DNA of 64,000 bases from an uncultured Smithella sp. (GTDB lineage: Bacteria; Desulfobacterota; Syntrophia; Syntrophales; Smithellaceae): the NCBI GenBank assembly GCA_964443625.1, contig CAYUDM010000009.1, positions 10,005 to 74,004 of the forward strand, written 5' to 3'. Shown one piece after another: positions 10,658 through 19,216 of this stretch; position 1 is the first letter of the stretch, and every line of letters starts with the position of its first letter. The translations under genes and the position numbers were made by a program. A model generated the notes under the pieces. That model worked only from the letters and a program-made list of their open reading frames with translations, was not told where the DNA came from and did no database searches.

Positions 10658-11446
10658 TTATCTTTTTGCCCTCCAGGCGGGTTCGTTGTGCATGCGGCCG
10701 CCGTCAATCACAATCGTCTCGCCCGTCACATAACTTCCCGCCTCCGATGCCAGAAAAACCACGATACCGCGCAGTTCCTCGGGCTCGCCGAGTCGCAGCA
10801 TGGGGATTTGGGCGATCGCTTTGGCGTTGACCTCCGGGTTCTTCCAAAGCGCTTCGCTTAAGCGCGTTTTAATGATGCCCGGCGCAATGGCGTTGACACG
10901 GATATGGTATTGCCCCCATTCTTTGGCCATGGTCTGGGTAAGCATGACCACGGCCGCCTTGGAGGCGCAATACACGCCCAGCTCGCCCGCACGGAGACCG
11001 CCGATGGAAGACGTGTTGATGATCGATCCGCCGCCTTGTTCTTTCATGATTCTGGCGGCCATCTGGCTTAAGACGAAGATACTCTTAAAATTGACATTCA
11101 TCGTGATGTCGAAGGTTTTTTCATCCTGGTCCATCATCGGTCCGAAATAGGGATTGGTGCCGGCATTGTTGACCAGAACATCCAACCGACCGAATTCCTT
11201 CATGACCTGATCAATGAGCGCCCGGCATTCATCCATTTTGCCGACATGCGCCGCAATGGCTTTTCCCCGGACGCCCTTTGCCGATACTTCCGCGGCGACG
11301 ACTTCGAGATCGGCGATTTTACGGCTGCTGACCACCACATGCGCACCCGCATCCGCCATGGCCAAAGCCGCGGCCCGTCCGATGCCCCTGCTGCCGCCTG
11401 TAACCACGGCGACTTTTCCTTCGAGAGAGAACTGGGATAGATCCAT
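10658..11446 (-). CDS. SDR-family oxidoreductase (FabG-like)
   Basis: Contains TGGSRGIGRA (the NAD(P)-binding TGxxxGxG motif), NNAG, and the YCASKAA catalytic YxxxK motif. Confidence 0.85.
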   Translation of the reverse strand: MDLSQFSLEGKVAVVTGGSRGIGRAAALAMADAGAHVVVSSRKIADLEVVAAEVSAKGVRGKAIAAHVGKMDECRALIDQVMKEFGRLDVLVNNAGTNPYFGPMMDQDEKTFDITMNVNFKSIFVLSQMAARIMKEQGGGSIINTSSIGGLRAGELGVYCASKAAVVMLTQTMAKEWGQYHIRVNAIAPGIIKTRLSEALWKNPEVNAKAIAQIPMLRLGEPEELRGIVVFLASEAGSYVTGETIVIDGGRMHNEPAWRAKR

Positions 11447-11570
11447 GATGTTTGTTCCTTTCTCCAGGCAATATTTTTTTCATGACGGATTTTGTATAGC
11501 ATACACGGACAGGATGGTCAAAAAACAGCGGCGCGAGGTGAATGACTAAGGAGCCCAAGAAGAGCGGGCT

Positions 11571-11896
11571 TAAATTATTAAGTGAATAGATCAGAAGCAC
11601 ACAGGAAAGACGCTCTTCAATCGTGATTCCTGAGAATTTAAACCCTTTTTGAAGTCATAGAAACGGCCATGCGCATGAATAAACCGAAGATTAAAAATCT
11701 TGGACCATCCCACAAAATGCCGGCAGAAGAACTTCTTATTTCCTTTTCGCACCCCTCCTTCCCGACGGACGCGGACAGGAATGAAGACACCGAATCGGCT
11801 TTCGGCTATCCTGCATCCGGTGAAACGGAACTCTACGAAACAGGCTATCTGGCGAAAATATTTTTTCGATGTTGAGTAACCGCCTTGCGCCGCAAG
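11571..11896. repeat. Repeat family copy B (full length)
   Basis: See copy A. This copy lies directly upstream (minus-strand sense) of the SDR gene. Confidence 0.8.
11669..11875 (+). CDS. Conserved 68-codon ORF inside repeat copy B (coding status uncertain)
   Basis: The product MRMNKPKIKNLGPSHKMPAEELLISFSHPSFPTDADRNEDTESAFGYPASGETELYETGYLAKIFFRC is paralogous to the 8746-8952 product. Confidence 0.3.
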   Translation: MRMNKPKIKNLGPSHKMPAEELLISFSHPSFPTDADRNEDTESAFGYPASGETELYETGYLAKIFFRC

Positions 11897-12348
11897 CTCT
11901 ATGCTATTCATTTTTTTAAGAGATGTAAAAAAGCTCTCATAATCTTGCATGCCGAATCAGCCAAACATCACCCAACGGGCATGTTTCCCGAACATACCTC
12001 TGGATTTTTCCCGTCTATCTTCTTCCACATTCGTGACACCATAAGTCAATTAGAGAAAAAATCAAGAAAGGGTAAAACTCTTCGCCGTCATGCTCTTCCC
12101 GCATTTTTCGTTTCGCTTCTCCAGGCGATTCGTCAAGCATTATCTCCCTTCGGGAAAATACGTAAAATCAGAAAGATGAAATGCCTCCGATAACTGTTTA
12201 AGATAAATGTCAGTAATGTCGATTAGAGTCTATATTTCGGCAGGTCATGTTTGCTGTGTTGACCTGAAACGGGTTATTCGGATTCAAGTTTGAACCCAAT
12301 CTTAGGTCAGGGTGAATTCGCTACGAGTAAAAATAGGGGAATTCAAAT

Positions 12349-13635
12349 ATGATCAATGTTGAATTATTTAGGGAAGTTATCTCAATGTCATTCAATCGGT
12401 TCCGACATCAAAAAAGTGTATTCATAATCCTCCTGTTCGGCTCGCTCATGTGTCTGGCGCTGATTTTAAGCTGCAGCAACGGAAATCATCGAGACTCGGC
12501 CAACTGTCTGAATTTTGTGAACTCCTTTGAAGGAGGAGCTTTGTATCTTACCCCCAATTCAATTTATCCTGTTTTGAACCTGTCCGGCAACTGGTATGAG
12601 ATGGGGCGCCAGTACGGTCACCTGCTGCAACACCAGCTGAGGGATTTTCACGATGACATCAGCTCCGATTTGACAGTCAGAGGGATGTCTTATGCCGCCC
12701 AACTGGAATCCGCCAGAGAATTCTACCAGCTCTACTCGCCTCATATTCACCAAATCATGGACGGTATGACGCAGACCTCCGGATTGAGCAAAGATGAAGT
12801 CCTTGTTCTCAACGCAGGAATGATGCTTCTGAGCGGAGTGATTCTTCAGGGCAGCCCGCCAAGTGTTTGCAGCGGCATTGCGGCATGGGACACATATACG
12901 CCGGACAATACTCTGGTGTTCGGCAGAAACTGGGATATCAGCCGCGCGGAGATGGTCCGATACATGAAGTATCTTGGCGTCGCGGTGTTTCATCCACGCG
13001 ACGGATATGCAGTGGCCAACATACATCCCATCGGGAATTTGTACCTCGAAACCGGAATGAATGAAACCGGTCTTTTCCTCGAGCTCAACAACGGCGAACA
13101 GTCCGACAATGGATTTAATCCTTCGGCAGAAGATACCGCCTCAGTTCTTTTCAGAGTCCTTGCCTCCAGCGCAACCATCGATGACGCATATGCCATGCTT
13201 GAAGCCACCCCGGCAGACCTGGCCTACATTATCCAGCTGGCTGATGCCTCGCGTGCTGTATCCATAGAGCGAGCCACATTCGGTTGCCGCCTCAGAGAGG
13301 GAAAGTATTTAGGACTTCTTGCCGCGACCAACAATTTCGTGCCGCCGTATCCATCCGAATGGGATGGGCTGGTCAATCCGCCACCGGATGCCACCCAGGA
13401 TCCCAGACTGGAAAATCTCTGGAACTTGGCTAATTCGCCGGCATTTAAAGGCAACCTCGATGTTTACGGCATGATGCGGCTCATGGAGATTGATATTCAA
13501 CAAGGCGGCGCTGTGCATGACGGGACCGTGGTTCAAGTGATTGCCTCGCCTGAAAACAAAACTATCTGGCTGCGTGGGTTGGACTATTCAGATTGGGAAA
13601 AAGTGGATCTGGGCTTTCTTTTCAGCCGGCATTGA
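12349..13635 (+). CDS. Peptidase C45 / acyl-CoA:6-aminopenicillanic-acid acyltransferase-like Ntn hydrolase, secreted or lipoprotein
   Basis: Signal peptide/lipobox (LALILSCSNG), a GNWYEMGRQYGHLL block, and an internal CSGIAAW that could supply the nucleophile Cys. AGGGGA SD before 12349; an alternative start is at 12385. Confidence 0.55.
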   Translation: MINVELFREVISMSFNRFRHQKSVFIILLFGSLMCLALILSCSNGNHRDSANCLNFVNSFEGGALYLTPNSIYPVLNLSGNWYEMGRQYGHLLQHQLRDFHDDISSDLTVRGMSYAAQLESAREFYQLYSPHIHQIMDGMTQTSGLSKDEVLVLNAGMMLLSGVILQGSPPSVCSGIAAWDTYTPDNTLVFGRNWDISRAEMVRYMKYLGVAVFHPRDGYAVANIHPIGNLYLETGMNETGLFLELNNGEQSDNGFNPSAEDTASVLFRVLASSATIDDAYAMLEATPADLAYIIQLADASRAVSIERATFGCRLREGKYLGLLAATNNFVPPYPSEWDGLVNPPPDATQDPRLENLWNLANSPAFKGNLDVYGMMRLMEIDIQQGGAVHDGTVVQVIASPENKTIWLRGLDYSDWEKVDLGFLFSRH

Positions 13636-14067
13636 TGAAAGCAACGGTTTGTTGGAAGGATCAATACTCATGCAGAAATTCCATAAAGGACAAATAGCAG
13701 TGTGCGCTTCGCGCAAATGAATCGTTAAAGTTCTTCAATTTCTGAGTTAACAAATCTGAGAGAACTTTGTCATATAATTTTACCTGCCGGATCAACCCAA
13801 CACGAATCCGCATGGCGCATTATCTGCACCTTGCAATCATTAAAAAAGAATGAATCAACAGTTTGACAGGAAGACGCCGAGTATGGTTTACTTCTGCATA
13901 CTTTCACAGATACGGACTTCGTCATGACTAGCATCACGGAACAGCCGTGCAATCATAATGCGCCTTGCTCTGTAAAAAAGTTTAGACCACCGCAGGTTAC
14001 ATAGAAGATATTCGTAGGGAATAATATAAAAGGCGTCAATCATTCAATTTTAGAAAAGGAGGACGAA

Positions 14068-14631
14068 ATGGGTAAAAATATTTTTCTAGGTGTAGGGATA
14101 TTTATATTTTTGTTTATCAGCGTTATTCCGGTCAGCGCTCAAATGAACCCAGGCAAATGGAAGATCACCACAACAACCGAAATGGCGGGAATGCCTCCGC
14201 AGTCTGTCACGCATACTCAGTGCACTACTCCAGATGATTTGATTCCCATGAGTCAAGACGCAAGTCAGGAATGCCAAATCTCGGATATCAAAAAACAAGA
14301 CAATACAGTGTCCTGGAAAATAGTCTGCGGGGGCGGGAACAACAAGATGAATGGAACAGGCGTCGTTACCTATAAGGGAAACACCATGAATGGCACAATG
14401 AATATGACTATTGTGTCCTACGGAACTCATGTGAAAAACAAAATTTCCGGACAGCGCATAGGCCCCTGCGACGGACAATCATCCAGCACAACATCCCAGC
14501 CAAGACAGAAATCCGAAATTGAAGAAACGGTCGCAGAAGACGCCAAGGATGTCGGCAGAGCCGCCAAGGACGAAGCTAAACAGGGTGTGGTTAACGAGGT
14601 TCGCGGGGCTATAAGGGGTTTATTTAAATAA
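14068..14631 (+). CDS. DUF3617-like secreted protein
   Basis: Signal peptide followed by PGKWKITTTTEMAGMPPQSVTHTQCTTPDD, which is typical of that family as I recall it. AAGGAGG SD. Confidence 0.5.
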   Translation: MGKNIFLGVGIFIFLFISVIPVSAQMNPGKWKITTTTEMAGMPPQSVTHTQCTTPDDLIPMSQDASQECQISDIKKQDNTVSWKIVCGGGNNKMNGTGVVTYKGNTMNGTMNMTIVSYGTHVKNKISGQRIGPCDGQSSSTTSQPRQKSEIEETVAEDAKDVGRAAKDEAKQGVVNEVRGAIRGLFK

Positions 14632-14804
14632 GTCATATGGGATTGATCCGGAATTCATCAAATCGGGTTCTGATGTTGGCACCAATCACTTTTGCGAAAG
14701 CTGAAATACCATAATGTTATGGGTGATTAGATTTATCCTAAACCAGATCTAAAAGAATCTACCTGCAAAGAGTGATTGCCAAATCCAATCCAGGAGGGAA
14801 AATC

Positions 14805-15659
14805 ATGAATCGTTTTAAATTTGCTTGGCTTGCTTTAATAATGTTGATCGTTTTCGCTTCTCCAACTCTTGCCGATGATGTGAAGGAACATCCGCTGATC
14901 CGACCTTTCCCGGGCTCGGTTTTGGCCAAGAATATGTCGAAACATAAAAACTTCGATGCCTACGAGTTTTACTATTTAAATGAGACAACAAAGAAACGCG
15001 AAAAGAAAACCATCAAGGGAGAATATTGGAAACTTCTGTATGAAGTTCGGACAAAGTCCGGCCAACGGGTCACAAACATTTCCATGGTGGAGTTTCTTGA
15101 AAACTACAGAGTTGCCGCAGAAGAAAAAGGCGGGCGGGTTGTTTGGGAAGACAGAGATAAAATCGTTCTTACCATCCCGCGTGAAGACGGCGGCATAACT
15201 TGGCTTCAGGTTCAACCCGCCTCCAGTATGGGGCAACAGTATCTGTACATTGTTGATGAAAAGCCGTTCAAACAATCGCTGACCTTCGGCCCCGTGCAAA
15301 TGAAGGAAGCCCTGGACAGAGACGGCAAAGTTGCTCTATACGGGATTCATTTCGATTTGGATAAAGCTACACTTAAACCCGACTCCGTCAAACAGCTCCA
15401 GCACGTTATCACCTTGCTGCTGACTTATCCGCAGTTGAAGCTCGAAGTTCAGGGGCACACCGACAACCAGGGAAAAGCCGACTATAATATGAATTTATCG
15501 CAACAAAGAGCTGAAACAGTTAACCAGTACCTCCAGCTATTTGGTATCACATCAGAACGTCTGCAACCAAAAGGTTACGGTCAAACAAAGCCTGTAGCTT
15601 CTAATGCAACAAAAGAGGGCCAAGCTAAAAACAGGCGTGTGGAGTTGGTAAAAAAGTAG
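14805..15659 (+). CDS. OmpA-family protein (C-terminal OmpA/peptidoglycan-binding domain)
   Basis: The C-terminus reads FDLDKATLKPDS...LEVQGHTDNQGKADYNMNLSQQRAETV...NRRVELV. I chose the start at MNRFKF after a GGAGGG SD. Confidence 0.8.
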   Translation: MNRFKFAWLALIMLIVFASPTLADDVKEHPLIRPFPGSVLAKNMSKHKNFDAYEFYYLNETTKKREKKTIKGEYWKLLYEVRTKSGQRVTNISMVEFLENYRVAAEEKGGRVVWEDRDKIVLTIPREDGGITWLQVQPASSMGQQYLYIVDEKPFKQSLTFGPVQMKEALDRDGKVALYGIHFDLDKATLKPDSVKQLQHVITLLLTYPQLKLEVQGHTDNQGKADYNMNLSQQRAETVNQYLQLFGITSERLQPKGYGQTKPVASNATKEGQAKNRRVELVKK

Positions 15660-15691
15660 CCATAAAACAGACCAGGCGATTCGGAAAAATC

Positions 15692-17020
15692 GAGACTGTA
15701 AATAAATCTGTGTAAATGGAATTTTTCTCACGTCGCCGCCAAATCGAAGCGGCCCTCGTACATAACAGCCAGCTGGGAGATTGTCAAAGCCCAGTTAGCC
15801 AACGGCATCGTCCATTTTTTCATAACGTCTTGAATCGCCAAAAATAATATTTTTGTTAACGCTTCATCATTCGGGAAAACGGATCTGTTTTTTGTTACCT
15901 TTCGGAGTTGCCGGTGAAGACCCTCCAAAGCATTGGTCGTATAAATGATTTTCCGGATGTGTTCCGGGTATTTAAAAAAGGTGGCGACATGCGTCCAGTG
16001 GTTTTTCCACGGGTTCACTGCCAGAGGATATTTCTGGCCCCACTTGGCCGTCAGCTTATCCAACTCATGCGCAGCCTTGTCTTCGCTGGGGGATTTATAA
16101 ATGGCCTTAAGATCGGCAATAAATTCTTTCTGATATTTTGAGCCCACATATTTGAGCGAATTGCGGATCAAATGCACGATGCACAGCTGAATCTCTGTTT
16201 TCGGAAAAGCGCTGTTAATGGCCGCCGGAAATCCTTTTAAACCGTCAACGCAGGCAATCAAAATGTCTTCAACACCCCTGTTCCTCAATTCGTTCATGAT
16301 TCCCAGCCAATAATGGGCGCCTTCGTTTTCCCCGACCCAGATGCCTAAAACATCCTTGTGCCCTTTTAAATCGATCCCCAGGCAGGTATAAGCCGCCTTA
16401 TTGATCACTTTGCCTTCCTGGCGAACAGGGTAATGGATGGCGTCAAAGAAAACGATCGCATAAACGGCCGACAGCGGCCGGGCCTGCCATTCTGCCGCCA
16501 GGGACATGACTTTATCGGTTATGTTGGAAATCGTGGTCGGCGAAATGTCTACGCCGTAAATATCTTTGATGTGTTCCTGAATGTCGCGAACGGTCATGCC
16601 TTTGGCGTACATCGATATGATCTTCTCATCAAATTCACTGATGTCGCTCTGGCGTTTCTTAACGATGGCGGGCTCAAAAGTCCCGTTCCGATCACGGGGC
16701 GTCTCTATTTTGACTTCACCAAAATCGGACCGGACGGTTTTGGCTGTTTTGCCGTTACGGTTGTTTCCGCTATTGTTTCCGTCTGTTGAATGTTTCTCGT
16801 AGCCTAAATGATCTGTCAGCTCTGCCTCCAGGATCTGTTCCGTCATCTCTTTCAGCATTCGCTTTAACAAACCGTTTTTCCCGGAAATATCTTCCAGGGT
16901 TTTACACTGGCTTAACGCCTCCTCTACATCAAACGTCAGCTTCATACTAAATCCTCCTGTCTATTCTGGTTTTATTCCTACCCTAAATAAAACCATTTAC
17001 ACAGTTAGATTTACACTCCC
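15692..17020 (-). mobile_element. IS256-family insertion sequence, apparently intact
   Basis: Imperfect terminal inverted repeats: GACTGTAAATAAATCTGTGTAAATGG on the left, and GAGTGTAAATCTAACTGTGTAAATGG on the right (reverse complement). Flanked by GAAAAATC / GAAAAAATC, a near-identical 8-9 bp target duplication. Confidence 0.85.
15728..16945 (-). CDS. IS256-family (Mutator-type) transposase
   Basis: 405 aa. Typical blocks include DHLGYEKH, YAKGMTVRDI, VFFDAIHYPVR, VDGLKGF, CIVHLIRNS and TTNALEGLHRQLRK. Confidence 0.9.
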   Translation of the reverse strand: MKLTFDVEEALSQCKTLEDISGKNGLLKRMLKEMTEQILEAELTDHLGYEKHSTDGNNSGNNRNGKTAKTVRSDFGEVKIETPRDRNGTFEPAIVKKRQSDISEFDEKIISMYAKGMTVRDIQEHIKDIYGVDISPTTISNITDKVMSLAAEWQARPLSAVYAIVFFDAIHYPVRQEGKVINKAAYTCLGIDLKGHKDVLGIWVGENEGAHYWLGIMNELRNRGVEDILIACVDGLKGFPAAINSAFPKTEIQLCIVHLIRNSLKYVGSKYQKEFIADLKAIYKSPSEDKAAHELDKLTAKWGQKYPLAVNPWKNHWTHVATFFKYPEHIRKIIYTTNALEGLHRQLRKVTKNRSVFPNDEALTKILFLAIQDVMKKWTMPLANWALTISQLAVMYEGRFDLAAT

Positions 17021-17173
17021 GAAAAAATCAATTTCTTGCGGCGACCGGGCCAAAAGGGATATTGGCCATTTATTTCTTGCCTGGCGGATCAGCCAAGATT
17101 CACGCCCTAGGAGCGTTCCCCGAACGCGCCGATACCACCACGTCACAACCAGAAATCGATTGGAGATCGATCC

Positions 17174-17241
17174 CTACGTAGATAGCGACGTCAACTTCCG
17201 TGTGAGCATGTCCCGGATGACTTTCGGGTTGGCTTTGCCGC
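17174..17241 (-). pseudogene. Orphan duplicate of the gatB 3' end (last 22 codons plus stop)
   Basis: The reverse strand reads GKANPKVIRDMLTRKLTSLST*, against GKANPKIIRDVLTRKLTSLST* in the intact gatB (19217-19284). The match is about 82% nt identity by eye. The preceding REP-like sequence is duplicated as well. Confidence 0.65.
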
Positions 17242-17306
17242 TTCGTTCACGTCCGCATCTCTAACTCTCTCAAAACGTTATCCTGACAACGGAAAGCCCT
17301 GTTTCA

Positions 17307-18971
17307 TCAAAAGAACTTTTTAATATAACCGGCTACAGCTCTCAAGGGGCCTGTGATTTTCCAACTACTAGAATTCATCACACTATCATATGTCATTTGA
17401 AGTCTTGAATTTTCAGACTTAAGTGCGTCAATCTGCGTCTTGAATCCCAACTCCATCGCTTGAATCTGATGTTTGTATGTAAATTGTCTATTGGCCTGAT
17501 CCTGGGAATGCTGCCTGTACTCAAGAAGGGTTCCATTGACTTTCTTTGCCTTCCATCCAGACTGAACGATTTTCAAAAACAGGCTGTAATCATCCGGCAT
17601 ATTCGGATCATCCGCATATCCCCCAACTCGTTCATAAGCCATTCTCCGGTACATGGAAGATCCATGAATATAGTTTCCCTTCTCTAATTCTTCACGATCA
17701 TATTCAGGGAAATTGATATAATAGAGCCCATTGTCTTTTTGTACGCGTCTGCTCTCTTCAAACAGGTTATAAACATGTTCCGCTTCACCGCCAAAAAGAA
17801 CATAGTCCGTGTAGGCTATCGCAACGTCTGGATGATCCTTCAATACTCCATACGTTTTTTCAAGGTAATCGCAATGGAAGCGGTTGTCGGCACCCAGGAT
17901 ACAAATCAAATCTCCCTTAGTCATGGATACCGCTTTGCGAAAATTTTTGACAATGCCTTCATTACGGATATTTCGATGATATTTCACGAGTGAGGGATAC
18001 TTTGTTGCATAGTATTCCCCGATTTCGAGTGTGTTGTCCTGTGAGCAATCGTCAACGATCAGGATTTCGTCCGGCAACAGTGTTTGATTCAGAACGGATT
18101 CGACTGCATCGGTTAGAAAACGACCGTAATTATAACTTGCAACGATAACACTGAGCGTATGCCCGGAAAGGGGTTTTATGAGTTCTTTATCTACATGTTT
18201 CTGTCGATCGGACACGCACTTTCGGTAATTTTCATCGGATAGATACTTTATACTTTTCCATGTCTCCGGTAGAGTTCTAAAATCATACTCCAGGTGTTCG
18301 GGCACTTTCGTTGATACCAATCCGTCATCATTCGTCAAATAATCATATCCGATCGATTGATAAAGACGCTCCGGATCAAGGGCTTTGTATAGATCGCGTC
18401 TTTTGATTCTGTCTTTCGGGTGCACCATTTTCAAGTGATAGGTTCTGTCATTGAGCAATACCTCGCACCCCCTCAACTCGATTGGATAATTTGGGGCATG
18501 ATATGGTTGACTGGACATTTTAACGCTATTCGGCACGGTGAATAAAATGGGCTTTATTTTTGCATTCCATACACCGTCGGATCGGTAATAATCCGCCTTG
18601 TTCCGACACTCGCACAATTTTAATACATAGACCGTCGGAATCTTAGACACAGCGGTGAGAATTTTCATTCTTTCTAAAAAACCCGTGGATATCCTCTCAT
18701 CCGGATCTGCGGTGAATATCCAGTCGTATCCATCTTTTTTAACAGCCTCATACAGTCGCTCCAAATCTTCCTGCTCTCTGAATTCGATGCCTTCATGTGG
18801 GGGGTTTTTCAAAAGCAGATTTAACTTGCGTTCCTTTTTGAGAAGCTCAACCGTTGAGTCTTCTGATCCATCATCCAGACAATACAATGCATCGACATAG
18901 TCCCGAACGCTGTCTAAAAAACCGGGAAGAAAGAATTCTTCATTTCTGACATGCAATACGCAAGCAATCAT
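17307..18971 (-). CDS. Family-2 glycosyltransferase, apparently two GT-A modules plus a C-terminal coiled coil
   Basis: Central block LSVIVASYNYGRFLTDAVESVLNQT..ILIVDDCSQDNT. The N-terminal block is similar (CLDDGSEDST). Composition is AT-rich compared with the neighbours. Confidence 0.75.
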   Translation of the reverse strand: MIACVLHVRNEEFFLPGFLDSVRDYVDALYCLDDGSEDSTVELLKKERKLNLLLKNPPHEGIEFREQEDLERLYEAVKKDGYDWIFTADPDERISTGFLERMKILTAVSKIPTVYVLKLCECRNKADYYRSDGVWNAKIKPILFTVPNSVKMSSQPYHAPNYPIELRGCEVLLNDRTYHLKMVHPKDRIKRRDLYKALDPERLYQSIGYDYLTNDDGLVSTKVPEHLEYDFRTLPETWKSIKYLSDENYRKCVSDRQKHVDKELIKPLSGHTLSVIVASYNYGRFLTDAVESVLNQTLLPDEILIVDDCSQDNTLEIGEYYATKYPSLVKYHRNIRNEGIVKNFRKAVSMTKGDLICILGADNRFHCDYLEKTYGVLKDHPDVAIAYTDYVLFGGEAEHVYNLFEESRRVQKDNGLYYINFPEYDREELEKGNYIHGSSMYRRMAYERVGGYADDPNMPDDYSLFLKIVQSGWKAKKVNGTLLEYRQHSQDQANRQFTYKHQIQAMELGFKTQIDALKSENSRLQMTYDSVMNSSSWKITGPLRAVAGYIKKFF

Positions 18972-19194
18972 ATTTTCACTTGATACGAGAGGAACGCTGT
19001 TTTCTTATTCTCCGCCTGCCTCATCCGTGTTCTCATTAAACCAGATCTGGACAAAAAGTCGGAGAGAAACATCCTTGGATCGTGAAGTTAACAGATACGA
19101 GAGAGCTTTGCCATAAAATATTGCCTGCTGAATCGGCAAAACATGAGTAGGCAGGAAGTGTTCCCCAAACGCGCCCAAACCATCTGCCAATAAA

Positions 19195-19215
19195 GGATCG
19201 GTCGGGGACCGATCC
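19195..19215 (-). terminator. Hairpin after gatB (REP-like unit), followed by TTTATT on the minus strand
   Basis: ggatcggtc-ggg-gaccgatcc forms a perfect 9-bp stem, 2 nt after the gatB stop. Confidence 0.5.
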
Positions 19216-19216
19216 T

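Noticed and set aside
6281-11896. The repeat-separated minus-strand genes interpreted as an integron cassette array with attC sites.
   Set aside because: No intI gene or attI is nearby. The repeats are about 300 bp and lack the short imperfect-palindrome architecture with GTTRRRY core sites. One unit contains two genes.
11591-11950. The 119-aa minus-strand ORF spanning repeat copy B.
   Set aside because: No equivalent ORF is preserved in copy A, so it is a chance open frame.
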